Source of the DNA: Octopus bimaculoides
Taxonomy: Eukaryota
Direction of reading: 5' to 3'
Assembly: GCF_001194135.2 (NCBI RefSeq)
Contig: NC_068985.1
Location: 6,782,542-6,846,541 of the forward strand
DNA: 64,000 nt
Part shown: piece by piece, positions 39,760 to 53,696 of the stretch
Position numbering within the stretch: position 1 is the stretch's first letter
How the letters are laid out: the number at the start of each line of letters is the position of its first letter
The notes under the pieces: model-generated
The model's database searches: none
What the model was told of the DNA's origin: nothing
What the model saw: the letters and a program-made list of their open reading frames with translations, nothing else
Made by a program: the position numbers and the translations under genes

Positions 39760-39900
39760 TTCGAATTTATTTACATTATTTACATTTAATGGATATTGTG
39801 CTCATCTTGTTTGCTGTTAAGACAACGTTTCGGCTGATATGCCCTCCAGCCTTCATCAGGTGTCTTGGGGAAATTTCGAACCGGAGTTTTCATTTCTTAA
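39760..39900 (-). mobile_element. Penelope-derived terminal-repeat-like element carrying a hammerhead ribozyme
   Basis: Surrounds the hammerhead core at 39819-39866. No ORF. Confidence 0.55.
39819..39866 (-). ncRNA. Minimal type I hammerhead ribozyme motif (Penelope type)
   Basis: Minus strand: aagacac-CTGATGA-a-ggctg gagggcatat cagcc-GAAA-cgtt-gtctt. Intact core, 5-bp stem II, palindromic AACGTT stem III. Confidence 0.65.
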
Positions 39901-39994
39901 CCACTGTGTACAAATGATGTTTTCTTAAATTCAATCGTATTTTATGCATTGCATAAAATACGATATATTATATCGTATATTTTACTATAAATAA

Positions 39995-40032
<38 letters not shown>

Positions 40033-41033
40033 NNNNNNNNNNNNNNNNNNNNNNNNNNNNNNNNNNNNNNNNNNNNNNNNNNNNNNNNNNNNNNNNNNNN
40101 NNNNNNNNNNNNNNNNNNNNNNNNNNNNNNNNNNNNNNNNNNNNNNNNNNNNNNNNNNNNNNNNNNNNNNNNNNNNNNNNNNNNNNNNNNNNNNNNNNNN
40201 NNNNNNNNNNNNNNNNNNNNNNNNNNNNNNNNNNNNNNNNNNNNNNNNNNNNNNNNNNNNNNNNNNNNNNNNNNNNNNNNNNNNNNNNNNNNNNNNNNAC
40301 ACACACACGCACACACACACACACGCACACACATACATATACATATATATATATATATAATGTATCTGTTTGAATTTTATATTACGTAGTTTTATATACA
40401 TACCTGTCAGTGCACGAAAGGTATTTAAAATGAATATCATATTGATTGTAGTATAAAATGTTATCGTCGATTATGCCAGAAAATAGAATGAAACTGCATG
40501 GGTGGGGGTAGCTTATAAATCATTGAATTATGAGGACAGTGAAATTAGTAGGTTTAATAGCAAATCTTGATATTAGGCAAAATGTCCACTGATACTCAAT
40601 CCAATCAGTTATATGATTGGTATATTTGAATATTAGTCAAATTATTACTTCATTGTAAACATTTACTCTTTTATGAGTAGATGTAAAAGTTTAATGCAGA
40701 GAAAATTAGCACAGTAGCGTTTCTTTTTTTACTTTGTTCCTTTTTTTTTTTGCTTTATTAATCATTTAATCGTAATTCAAAAGAGTATATTCTGATTGAT
40801 GTCCTACTTTGAATCTCTAATCATGAAATGTTAACTTTTGATGAAAGAAGTGTTTCTTCATCACTAATATACATATGTATGCATGTATCTATTATGCATA
40901 TGCATAAGTGTGTGCGTGTGTGCGTATGTATGAATACATATACATACATATGTATATATATATGTATATATATATGTATATGTATATATGTGAGTGTGTG
41001 TGTGTATATATATGTATATATATACATATATGC

Positions 41034-41070
<37 letters not shown>

Positions 41071-42765
41071 NNNNNNNNNNNNNNNNNNNNNNNNNNNNNN
41101 NNNNNNNNNNNNNNNNNNNNNNNNNNNNNNNNNNNNNNNNNNNNNNNNNNNNNNNNNNNNNNNNNNNNNNNNNNNNNNNNNNNNNNNNNNNNNNNNNNNN
41201 NNNNNNNNNNNNNNNNNNNNNNNNNNNNNNNNNNNNNNNNNNNNNNNNNNNNNNNNNNNNNNNNNNNNNNNNNNNNNNNNNNNNNNNNNNNNNNNNNNNN
41301 NNNNNNNNNNNNNNNNNNNNNNNNNNNNNNNNNNNNNNNNNNNNNNNNNNNNNNNNNNNNNNNNNNNNNNNNNNNNNNNNNNNNNNNNNNNNNNNNNNNN
41401 NNNNNNNNNNNNNNNNNNNNNNNNNNNNNNNNNNNNNNNNNNNNATTGGATTGATCTTTTTTAAGCAACTGAATATAAATATATATCTTCAATAAGTTTA
41501 TATTATGAAGAAATATTTGTGATCGATTAGAGTTCAATCAAACGAAATAATACGCATATTGACTTGTTAAATCTAATAAAGATTGATTTAGTGTGTCTAA
41601 AATAAATCATTTATATTTTAGAGCGGATGTTTCTTTTTTTTTTTCTTCAATGTAAGCTATATACCTATCTGTCGTTTGCCGCAGAATACTATGATTCCTG
41701 GCAAGTTATGACCAAAATGTAGTTTCGATTATTTCATACTTTCATAGATGATGCCTTCGGGAGTATTTATTTCTCTCTTTTCCGAAATACAGAATATATA
41801 TGTGCTATATAAAGGACTTGATACCGCCCAAATGCGACGGAATTGTAGTTTTCCAAATTTTTTAAATTTTCTTCTTTTAGTTCCGAAGCGCATTCATCCC
41901 ATATGTTCTGATGTTATATTTCCAGAAAACATACGACCTTCAGAGCAATTACAAACATACACAAATTAATTATGCAATCATTCACACGACATCAGAAAAT
42001 GGTGTCTAGTCGAAAAAAATCTGTAAATATGCATATATTCTCGACTAAGATGAATTCTCTTTACACACATCATCAACTTAGATGTAAAATTTAACGCCAA
42101 GCAATGAAGTTATATTCATGTTAATTATCTGAAAATCTCTTACAATTCAGACACATTTCTCTCATAAATATAATACTAAAACTATGGCGGCATAAGCAGT
42201 GAAATAACTCAGAAACAATTCAGTGAGTTATGTTTACACTACAACCACCATTATTACGTAATTTTATAGCAGATGTTTTATATATAAAACTCATAGAAAC
42301 AAAATTAGTAATACAATACTTGTAAATACTCATTGTTTGCAAAATGTTAAGATACTCTGGATGTTTAAATCTATTTTCGATGTTGCGATATACTTTCACC
42401 AATCTTTAAATTAAAGTTACACAACGCAAAGACAAATATCATAACGTCACTTTTATATCAAATCACTCAAGAAGAATGGAACGAACCGTAGTTCATATAG
42501 TGTTATTACAGCAGAAAAACCTAATGATTGTGTTCACGGAACAAAATTATTGGAGTGTTTTTATCATTCAACACACTGTATTGCAATAAATAAAATAATA
42601 GATCTGTGTGTATGTGTGTCGTAGGATGAAAACTGTAATATGTGCAGGTTAGGTTGAAAAGCAATATAATATTGCGCTTTTCTATTGAGATCTGATATCT
42701 AATAATACATCACGTCATTGAATATAAATGATTGTTCAAAGTCCGCTGAAAATGGTTACGCACAC

Positions 42766-42807
<42 letters not shown>

Positions 42808-44694
42808 GTTTCTTTATTAGCCACACAGGGCTCAACACAGAGGGGACAAAATACAAATGTAGAGTTTNNNNNNNNNNTACGTATATATGTATATCAATAT
42901 TTACATACACATAATATATGCGTGCAAGTGTGTCGCTGTGTGTGTGTGTGTGTGTGTACATATGTGTGTGTGTATAGTTATATGTGTTTGTGTGTATAGT
43001 TATGCATGCTCTTTGTGTGAGTTTCTGCGTTTTATTCATAAAATTTGGATGAAATGAAAACTCCAATATCATACGAGCTATAAGTTGCCATTTCACGATG
43101 TTTTTATAACATGTATTTTCATGGAGATGTTATTGAACGCAAGAATATTGCTAAGCCTGTCAACAAATATTGCATTAGATTCAACTGATTTGGTATTAAA
43201 AATTAAGGAGTGCTTCACAGTTAGGCACATTTTAAAATGCATAACACTGGAAATACGATACCAGTCTGTTATGTAGACATCAACTTAATTTTCCAGTGTT
43301 AGATTGAATGACAGCGCGATCACTTGTAACAGTGTAAGACCCGAGTATGTGGAATCATAGCTGATACAGGAACAAAGTGCCAGGTCACGAAAAGGAATGA
43401 AAAAAAATATATAATGTACTGTAGTTTACATTATATTCCCCGTAAGGTCTTTTGGATATCACGTTGAAAGTATTGCAATGTATGTATATCCAGGCACTTT
43501 ATATATAATATTATATCAATTGGTAAGTGATATATCACTTAATGCTGAAAGTAAATATCAATTTTCAAACGATTTGTAAAATAAAATTAGTAGATGTTCT
43601 TATGATCTCCCCTTGAGGAAAGCAAGCGAATAAAGATGGCTTACAATAAATCAGCTCACTAGTGATGTCTACGTAAAGTAAGAAACATCACTTAAACCAA
43701 CAAGATGTAAGCGTAGATAAAATCTGTTTCGATGCATTATATATCATGAACGTGGCCGCCTATATAGCTAGGAGCTTCATTACGCGATTCGATAGTCACG
43801 TCAGGCATTCACATAGAATGCGTAAAATATACACAAATAGAATATACAGAATGATTGTGACTGTTAGTTATTTTCGCCTCCGAATAATAGGTTCAAACAG
43901 TTCCAACTAGAAAAGAAGTCCAGATNNNNNNNNNNNNNNNNNNNNNNNNNNNNNNNNNNNNNNNNNNNNNNNNNNNNNNNNNNNNNNNNNNNNNNNNNNN
44001 NNNNNNNNNNNNNNNNNNNNNNNNNNNNNNNNNNNNNNNNNNNNNNNNNNNNNNNNNNNNNNNNNNNNNNNNNNNNNNNNNNTTCGCCTCCGAATAATAG
44101 GTTCAAACAGTTCCAACTAGAAAAGAAGTCCAGATACTCGAATTGAGAACTGCTATTTGCGTTATGGATGGACGGATAACATATGTTGACTTCACAAGCT
44201 GTTCACTTTAAAGAAAGATACACTACTCACATGATTTCAAGCTTAATGTTATGTAACAGTTATATTTATATGAAATTTAATTGGCCGTGCAGTAGATGTG
44301 CTAATCGTACACTGAAGCCTCGTTGATAAAACCTTCACATAGTGGACATAGAAGCAGATGCAATTTCTACTTAACGGCTAAAGTGAATCTATTAAATTGC
44401 CCATAATTCGGGAAACATTCAAATAACCGTACCATCCAGAGTACTTCAATTTATAGAATATAAAACACATCCTAGTCCCAGCCAGACAGATATCCTTGCA
44501 GGTTGACACGGATAATTTCCCAGCATATCAATTTTTCCTCAAACCCATCAACTACACTTTCATATGAGTGGCTATCAAAGGATTAAGCGCGCTCTCACTC
44601 TACCTCCGCTATGTGTCCTCTTCAGCACTTCCATTATCTCCTCATATTCTTCCTAAGACTGTATATAGAATGTCCTTTAAAGACAGCAATGAAC

Positions 44695-45075
44695 TTTTCT
44701 ACTCTAGGCACAAAGCTCGAAGTTTAGTGGGAGGTGACCAGTCGATTGAATCGACCCCAGTACGCAACTGGTACTTAATTTATCGCCCCCGAAAGGATGA
44801 AATGCAAAGTCGACTTCGGTGGTATCTGAACTCAACGTAAAGACAGCAATATATATATATATATTTTTTTACTAAAGACACAAGGCACGAAACTTTTGGG
44901 GAGGGAACCAGTCGATTAGAGCGACATCAATACGCAATTGGTACTTCATTTATTGCCCCTGAAAGGATGAAAGGCAAAGTCGACCACGGCGGAATTTGAA
45001 CTCAGAACGTAAAAACGGACGAAATACCGCTAAGCATTTCGCCCGGCTACCGCTTCTGCCAGCTCACTGCCTTGA
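44695..45075 (-). mobile_element. Two adjacent family-C SINEs, reverse
   Basis: Copies at ~44695-44845 (5'-truncated) and ~44870-45075 (near full), separated by (TA)n. Confidence 0.8.
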
Positions 45076-47313
45076 AAGACAACTATGACTTTCACCAACT
45101 TAAACATCCAAGTCCTTATATAATATCAATATAAATCTCGCCAAAATTACACCATGGCTGTAAGGTGTGTCCTACTCTTCGAAATATATGCACTCCTTTC
45201 ACGTATAGAATAACGGCTCCATATATATAGGGTAATATACACCTTTATCGACGCCATGTCATAAACATCTGACATGTCATACTTCTGCAGCACAGTCTTC
45301 GTTTGAAGAGATCTCATACACACACGCACACACACACACACACACAAACATATATATATATATANNNNNNNNNNNNNNNNNNNNNNNNNNNNNNNNNNNN
45401 NNNNNNNNNNNNNNNNNNNNNNNNNNNNNNNNNNNNNNNNNNNNNNNNNNNNNNNNNNNNNNNNNNNNNNNNNNNNNNNNNNNNNNNNNNNNNNNNNNNN
45501 NNNNNNNNNNNNNNNNNNNNNNNNNNNNNNNNNNNNNNNNNNNNNNNNNNNNNNNNNNNNNNNNNNNNNNNNNNNNNNNNNNNNNNNNNNNNNNNNNNNN
45601 NNNNNNNNNNNNNNNNNNNNNNNNNNNNNNNNNNNNNNNNNNNNNNNNNNNNNNNNNNNNNNNNNNNNNNNNNNNNNNTATATATATATATATATATATA
45701 TATACCTATGTGTGCGTGTGTTTGTGAGTGTGCATCCGTGTCTGTGCCTGTGTGTGTATCCGTGTGTGTGCTTGTGTGTGTAAAGAAAGAGGATGACAGA
45801 GAGAGAGAGAGGGAGATAGATAAAAAGACAATCAGACAGAAAGATAGATACAGAGAGAGTGAGAGAGAGAGAGATGGGCATTTGCGCGTGTGTATATATT
45901 GCAATTCTACATCTCCCCTTTTGTGTACCGGTGTTTTAATCCAAAACTTAAAGATTTTCACCTGTTTATTTACTTCAGCATCACTGAAAGAACTTACTGA
46001 TATCGGTGAAAGACCTTTTAAAATAGCTCACTTAGAGATGATATAAACCTAATCTAGCGTTCACACATAAGCCTTTCTATAGAATATAGAAATCTTTCGA
46101 TACAATATATAACCTTCTATACACAAATTTCTCTGCCTTTAGCTACGAACATTATTAACTACTAGCGAAGTCTTTCCCTTCTACTTCATATGTAGTATTT
46201 CCGCTCGCAAAATCACGTAGTCTTTGATAACTGTTTCTGCATAATGAATCCATTTTATATTGGCTTGAGCTTAACTCATAGTCTTTGATTTTAATTCATT
46301 AAATTTCATGTAAAAGATGTTATTAATACCACTACCGTCACATTTGAAGTTAGTTGATTTTACCATGGTTTCATTTAATTTTATTCTGTGTTTATTCATT
46401 TTGTTCACAAATTATATATTGTTTTCCTTCTTTTCATGATGAATTCTTGCCATCACATATAAATCTTATTTATAACATAGCAATGGCGTTCAATGGATCC
46501 CTGAAATCTGTATTAACACAATAAACATATCAGCCAACAATGTTGTTTCATACTAATGTCATCATTAATTTCCGTAGCGCCTATCTACTAGTAGGCCGTC
46601 GTTTGCTTCTGTATCCATTTTCTTTACAGCTAAACTTTAAAACACACCTTCGTAAGAGTCACATACCTTTAATGTTTTCTTTATTTAATTGAAAATAAAT
46701 ACATACTGAAACACTTTTTTCCTGCCTCAGCAAACATGAGGTACTGATTCTAGATACAACACGCATGTATTATTTCAATGCATATGATTATGAAAGGATA
46801 GAGGTCTACAGTCTGCGGTACAACAACTCAGTTCGTAGAGGGCGGTATTTTCCAATTCGGCAACAGGAAATTATCCATATGTTTACAACTACTGGATAAA
46901 CCACATCTGGAATTCAGCAGTACGGTGCAGTTCTTAGATCTGAAAAGTATTCGTGATCATTAACGTACGTATAGTTTGCATTTGTTTTCTACCATTGGTA
47001 TATGGCACAGATTTTCAACTGTTTCTCAACTTATTCATATTATTTTGTGGTATGGCGTTAGACTTCGAACCAGATACGTGTCTACTGAATTTCGTGGTTT
47101 CGCATGTAGTTTTACTTCTGTACGCCGGAAAGCTGTGCTTAATACAGAGGTTTTCGAAACATAACCCGATATTACACTTCTTTTCAGTTATATTATCACC
47201 TAGCGCTGTTGTAACTTCTACCTCATAAATGATGGATCCAATCAAGCATCCCTGGTCGTTCAAATACATACATATATACATACATACATACATATATATA
47301 TTATATATGATAT

Positions 47314-47344
<31 letters not shown>

Positions 47345-47380
47345 CGCATATATACATATACAAGTATGTGCGTATATATG

Positions 47381-47453
<73 letters not shown>

Positions 47454-47816
47454 TATATAATATATATAAATGATATAATATATATTTATATATAGAAATA
47501 CACACATTCACGAACTCAAACTTTTACCTATGTATGCATAGACACACAGACACACACACACACACACACGCACACACACAAACACACATATTTTCTTTTA
47601 TGTTGGTGTTTGCAAATTCTTCACCCAACCACTATTTTGTTGTTCTAATCAACCGAAATGATTATTACAGCATTGCCAAATTGTTATGCGAAATATGGAA
47701 CTGCATGTTAATAACTAATATACGCGTCTGCAGATTTGGGAAAAGAATATTTTTGTCACTTTTTAAAACTTTGTTTCGTTGTTATGGATATATGCGTGTA
47801 TATGTGTCTATATGTG

Positions 47817-47866
<50 letters not shown>

Positions 47867-49129
47867 AGTGTGTGTGTTCGCATGCGTGCGTGTCTAATTT
47901 GGAAGCCATTACTAATTATTTGAGCTTCTTTATCAACGAGTGTATCTCAAACAAATGGGTATATACTCTGAAATATTTCATTTTCTTTTGCAAACGCATT
48001 TTTTTTCCCTATGGAAAAAAAAAACTGCTCCTTATTATGTTTAACAATAAACATTGAATTTGGTTGATTTTTCCTGTGAAAAAGTTATATATCTTTCAGT
48101 CTCCTCTGATACAGTTTACGTATGAAAGAAATATAACTGCAGCGGCAATAGATCCATATCTCGAAGTTGATTGTGAAAGTATGAAAATAATTCGCAACCA
48201 TTGTTGTAGGTTATTCCTTATCAGAATATTACAGAGAATAAAAAATAAAATAACGGGTAATGTTCTCGCAAAAAGAATATAATTTTTCTAGGTGGAAATT
48301 GATTGAAACAACGATCAATATGTTATTTTCACACGACTGGTTATTCACACAGATATGTGAACTGCAGGGAGATGGCGCTGTTGATGGCGTTCATAACAGC
48401 CAACCAAGTTTTTTATGTGGTCTGTATATTTGTCGTTACCGCTCTATTGAATCTTTAAACAATGCCTTTAACCCCAAGCTGCCCAGTTTACATAGCTATT
48501 AGCATATTTTACACGAAGGAACGATTCATGTGAGTTTCACATGTATAGTAATCAATACTTGACGCGTATTTTATTAATTATCGGAGCTGGTATAGCACCA
48601 ATTTTTAAGGTTAGCATTAAATCCTCTACATTGGCATTTTTTCCTTATTTCTTTTACGTATTCTATAAATTGACTTTTTAAAACATTAATTAAGTAAAGA
48701 CTGCGGATATAATATATCTACTTCAAAATCTTTTATTTCTGTAACTCATGCTTTTACACACAAAGAGAGGAGCGTCTATTTCTCAGTGAAGCAGTAACAA
48801 CAGCAAAATATTATGTAATATTTTTTACTCGGTTCAATCATTATACTGCGATCATGCTGGAGCATCGATTCAAATAATATTTATTCGATGACACAAGCAT
48901 GCACCCACACTCACACAAACATATATATGCAATATGAATGCAGGTACGTGTGTGTGTGTACAACAGACACACACGCACACACACACACATACCCACATAT
49001 ACACATATGTATATATAAAATTAAGAGGCATGACAACTAAAGTGGATTCCTAATATGCTAAATATAGACGTAAAATCGCCATTACCACGAAGAGTATGTA
49101 CTCAAGATAAAAAATTTATTTATTTATGT

Positions 49130-49177
<48 letters not shown>

Positions 49178-49178
<1 letters not shown>

Positions 49179-49545
49179 GGCGCTTGCTTACCAGCCCCAT
49201 GGTTCCGGGTTCAGTCCTACTGCGTGCCAACTTGGCCAAGTTTCTTCTACTATAGCCACGGGCCGACCAGAACCTTGTGAGTGGATGTAGTAGACGTAAA
49301 CTGAAAGAAACTCGTCGTATATATGTGTATGTCTGTGTGTCTGCGTTTGTCCCCCTAGCATTGCTTGATAACCGATGCTGGTGTGTTTATGCACCCGTCA
49401 CCTAGCGGTGCGGCAAAAAGGACCAATAGAATAAGTACTAAGCTTACAAAGAATAAGTCCTGGGGTCGATTTGCTTGACTAAAGGCGATGCTCCAGCATG
49501 GCTGCAGTCAAATGACTGAAACAAGTAAAAGTAAAATAGAGAGAG
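49178..49545 (+). mobile_element. Bipartite tRNA-derived SINE (A+B)
   Basis: Same structure as 9371-9827; head partly deleted. Confidence 0.85.
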
Positions 49546-49735
49546 TAAAGAGTATATATATATGTGTGTCTGTGTGTGTGTGTTTGTGTATATATATTTT
49601 CTTGAATCGAGGCTATATATGTATATATATATNNNNNNNNNNNNNNNNNNNNNNNNNNNNNNNNNNNNNNNNNNNNNNNNNNNNNNNNNNNNNNNNNNNN
49701 NNNNNNNNNNNNNNNNNNNNNNNNNNNNNNNNNTA

Positions 49736-49859
49736 TATAGCGTCGATTCAAGAAAAGCCTTGTAAGCAGGTTTGGCAGACGGAAATTAAAATATATATGG
49801 TGGTCTTAACTTCCGTCTGCCAAACCCGCTTACAAGGCTTTTCTTGAATCGAGGCTATA
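49736..49859. repeat. ~54-bp inverted repeat (fold-back) derived from the SINE A core
   Basis: tatagcgtcgattcaagaaaagccttgtaagcaggtttggcagacggaaattaa vs ttaacttccgtctgccaaacccgcttacaaggcttttcttgaatcgaggctata; 3 mismatches, ~16-nt loop. Confidence 0.8.
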
Positions 49860-50715
49860 GTAGAGGACACTTGCCGCCTAAGGTGCCACCCACAGTGCCT
49901 GAACTCGGATCTATGTGGTGGTGAAGTCACCTTCTTACAACACGCCCACCTCTGCACTTATAGTACGACTTTTGTCATCGACAAAGTTCTTCATCTTTGT
50001 TGCTGTTTGTTGCTCTCATTGTTGCTATTTTGTTCGTGTTATTACTCTTCCTTTTTTTTCTTCTAGCTGGATTTGGGACCTGATTGTATTGACCAGAAGT
50101 AATTTTGACTTCTGGATTCTGTACGTTTATTTTATTTTCCTCTTTACTTTTTGTGACATTGTGTACCACATTTGCGATTATTTGTTTTATCGTTTATTAC
50201 GTTTTGTAGGTGGCGTTTCAGATAATCCCGGCGACTAATTCTACGATCTGAAATGAAGAAGTCGGGCTGGCTTGTTGGTCTGTCTATTGTAACAAAGCAT
50301 TACACGTTACCATGACTCAGCCATTCTAAAAATAACAGTCTTACTGGAATTAACTTGTTGAATGTAGATCAATTGACGATAAGAGACAATTTTTTTTCGA
50401 TTAAAGATAACAGAGACAAAGACGAAAGCAAACAAGAAGAAATTTGGATATACGAACAAAATGAAATACATAAGCATAATAGGGCCTTAGGGCCAGAGAG
50501 GAGACGGGAATATGGTTAACGCCAGAAGGAATATCCTGAAGGAATAGAAACAGAATTACAGGGATAGCGAAACATGTTAAAAGTGGAGGACGAGAGAAAA
50601 TACGATCAGTCGCTTCGGCGATAAAATGGAAAACAGAATAAGAGATGATGATGACCAGAAGTGACGTGTCAATAGTAGGATGGAGAAAAAGTGATAAAGG
50701 GCAGAGAGGGAGGAG

Positions 50716-50717
<2 letters not shown>

Positions 50718-50783
<66 letters not shown>

Positions 50784-50860
50784 GAGAGAGAGAGAGAGAG
50801 AAAGAGTGGGAGAGAAAGAGAGAGAGAGAAAGAGTGGGAGTGAGAGAGAAAGGGAGCGAA
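50718..50860. repeat. (GA)n microsatellite
   Basis: Direct inspection. Confidence 0.95.
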
Positions 50861-51140
50861 AGGGATTGAAAGGAGGAGAAAGGATAGTCGTTGTAGGAAA
50901 CTATAAAGCACTTCCTGTAAACAAAAAGAGAGACAGTAGAATGTTTGCAGTATCTCTTAGCCGTATCTAACACTGAGTGAGCCAAGTCCATCGAGAATAT
51001 ATTCTCGATGTAATGAACTGACTACTTGTCAATTACGGGGGTTGGTCTGTGTCGACTAATCCTTTCCTCTATATTTCGCGTGTCTATATGTGTGAGATTA
51101 ATGCAATGGTTAAAGCGTCGGAAAAATGCTTTCCGATATA

Positions 51141-51217
51141 CAGGGTGTCCATGAATTATCTTTATAGAATTTACAGATTATATATGAATGTGATAACGTT
51201 GATTTATGGACACTATG
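51141..51217. mobile_element. ~77-bp Tc1/mariner-type MITE
   Basis: TA|CAGGGTGTCCATGAAT ... ATTTATGGACACTATG. The imperfect TIRs begin with the mariner-type CAGGGTGTCC, with TA on the left. Confidence 0.5.
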
Positions 51218-51477
51218 TTTGTTTCGAATTCTGAGGCTCTTCGCCCTTTCAGCTTCGGTAACCTAAAGTTCCTCTTAAGTACACAAGATGGCGTTCTTTG
51301 TTATCCAACACTTCATCTCGAAATTCTTCATTCTTAATGCTGTATTAGGCATTAGGACTCCTGCAAAATGTTTTACTGTATTTGCTCCGCCATTTTTTAC
51401 TTTCAAAGTTCAAACACCACTATGCGAAAATTTGCCTTTCGTTCTCGTAGTTGTAGGGTTGTTTTGACTAATTTATC

Positions 51478-51680
51478 CCCATAACCTGGCAGAAACGTGA
51501 GCACGCTTAGCGAAATGCTTATTCGTGTTTCGTCTGTCTTTACATTCTGAGTTCAAATTCCACACAGGTCGATTTTACCTTTCATCTTTTAGAGGTCGAT
51601 AAATGAAGTTCCAGTTGTGTACTGGGGTCGATCTAATCTCCCAAAATTTCGGGCCTTGTGCCTGGTGTAGAAAAGAATAT
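51478..51680 (+). mobile_element. Family-C SINE
   Basis: ctggcagaaacgtgagcacg..agcgaaatgctta...ctgagttcaaattcc...ggggtcgatctaatc...gggccttgtgcc...agaaaagaat. Confidence 0.8.
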
Positions 51681-51934
51681 TTAATACGCAGATTACATAA
51701 CATTCATATGTGATTATCACGCGATACGTATGTATAAAACAAGAGAGTAAGAGCCACAGAAGCCTGGTTATAGGGAATAATTATGAGTCACACAGATTCT
51801 CAATTTCCCTGCAATATTGACAATTTCATGACAACCCAACGACACATGACAAATATATGATCTAAAATGTTTCTTAAACATTTGTTGCACAAATTTTGAC
51901 TACATTACAAATGATGAATTAGTTGTATATAATA

Positions 51935-52352
51935 TAGGTGTAGGAGTGGCTGTGAGGTAAGTAGCTTGCCTACCAACCACATGGTCCCGGGTTCAGTCTC
52001 ACTGCGTGGCACCTTGAGCAAGTGTCTTCTACTATACCCTCGGGCCGACCAAAGCCTTGCGAATGGATCTGTTAGACGGAATCTGAAAGAATCCGTCGTA
52101 TATATGTATGTATGTATGGATGTATGTATGTGTGTGTGAATATGTTTGTGTGTCTGTGTTTGTCCCCCAACATCGCTTCACAACAGATGCTGGTGTGTTT
52201 ACGTCCCGAAAACTAGCGGTTCGGCAAAAGAGACCGATAGAATAAGTACTAAGCTTACAAAGAATAAGTCCTGGGGTCGACTTGCTTTACTAAAGGCGGT
52301 GCTCCAGCATGGCCACAGTCAAATGACTGAAACCAATAAAAGAATAAAAGAA
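51935..52352 (+). mobile_element. Bipartite tRNA-derived SINE (A+B), well preserved
   Basis: A box tggctgtgaggt, B box ggttcagtctc, core, microsatellite, B tail. Confidence 0.85.
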
Positions 52353-52464
52353 TGAGGTCGAGAATACGTAAATGAATTATTATTTTTATTGAAATGCGGC
52401 AGAGGTGAAACCTCTTGACGCAAGAATTCTAATAACAGTACTCATAATCTTTCATTTACAATAA

Positions 52465-52605
52465 TGGCTTCAAATGTTGGCACAAAGCCAGCAATATCAG
52501 GGGAAGGTATAAATCGATTACATCGATCACAGTGTTCAACTGGTACTTATTTTGTCGACCCGAAATAATGAAAGGCAAAGTCAACTTCAACAGAATTTGA
52601 ACTCG
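52465..52605 (-). mobile_element. Family-C SINE fragment, reverse
   Basis: aactggtacttattttgtcgacccgaaataatgaaaggcaaagtcaac...gaatttgaactc. Confidence 0.7.
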
Positions 52606-53656
52606 CCGCTTTTTTTTTCAATTTATAATACTGAATACTGATAGTTGAAGGCGAAATCTTGCTTTGAAAGAATTTCATGAACCACAATTAGGGAGTCGCA
52701 TTATGCTCACTATTTGTGATGTTTACGCGGTGTTAGGGGCAACTGTGAAAGAAGCTAATGCAATTTTCTGTCTCTTTGCGGCTAATTATTTGATCAGACT
52801 ATAAATTCTAGCGGTTTGCCAAAGAAAATTTTCGAAATAAATTCAGCACCAGAGGGGAAGATTTTAAAAGGAGCAATGGTTGTTGCATGCCATGTTCTTG
52901 GATAACACCGATGCAGCCAATGAATTAAGCGTAGCATAGGAGAGGAATTGAATGATCACATACCAGGCAATTGCTTACCAGCAGTTGAAATGTAGAGATA
53001 AGCTCTTTTTTTTTTTTTTCAATCTATTGGCAGTACTAAATATTTACTGAGAATACGACGTATTAAACCTATAACCTTACATAGCAACATCTGATTCTTG
53101 TGTATAATGTGTATATACAAAAATCTGTTCATCTAAACGCAGTCAATATTTTGAATATTTCCCGAATTCGCTTATTTTAAGAAAATAGCATAGTTTTCTT
53201 TCTTCATTTTTTTATTATTTATATATCTATTTATTTCTTTAAGTATGTATTGCCACTCTAGAATGAGCACTTCCAAAAATACAAATATATACGCTCACAT
53301 TCTCATATACGCTCTTAAACACCTATACAATGCGATTCAACGGATATGCAATACTTATTTTGCATCCGTGTATTTATGTATCTGTGTGTGTGTGTGTTTG
53401 TGTGCATGTGTCTATGTGTGTGTGTGTGCGTGCCTGTGTTTATATACAAATGTATATCTATACAAATATATGTGTTTGTATATGAACGTGCATTATGTCT
53501 ATTTCTCAACTTTTCTCTAGCTACATATGTGTATATGTATGTAGGTATATATATATATATATATATATATACACGTGTGTGTATCTTTCTATCTATTTAT
53601 CTATGTATCTCTATGTCTCTCTGTCTGCCTCTATCTATTTAACTTTCTTTCTCTCG

Positions 53657-53696
<40 letters not shown>

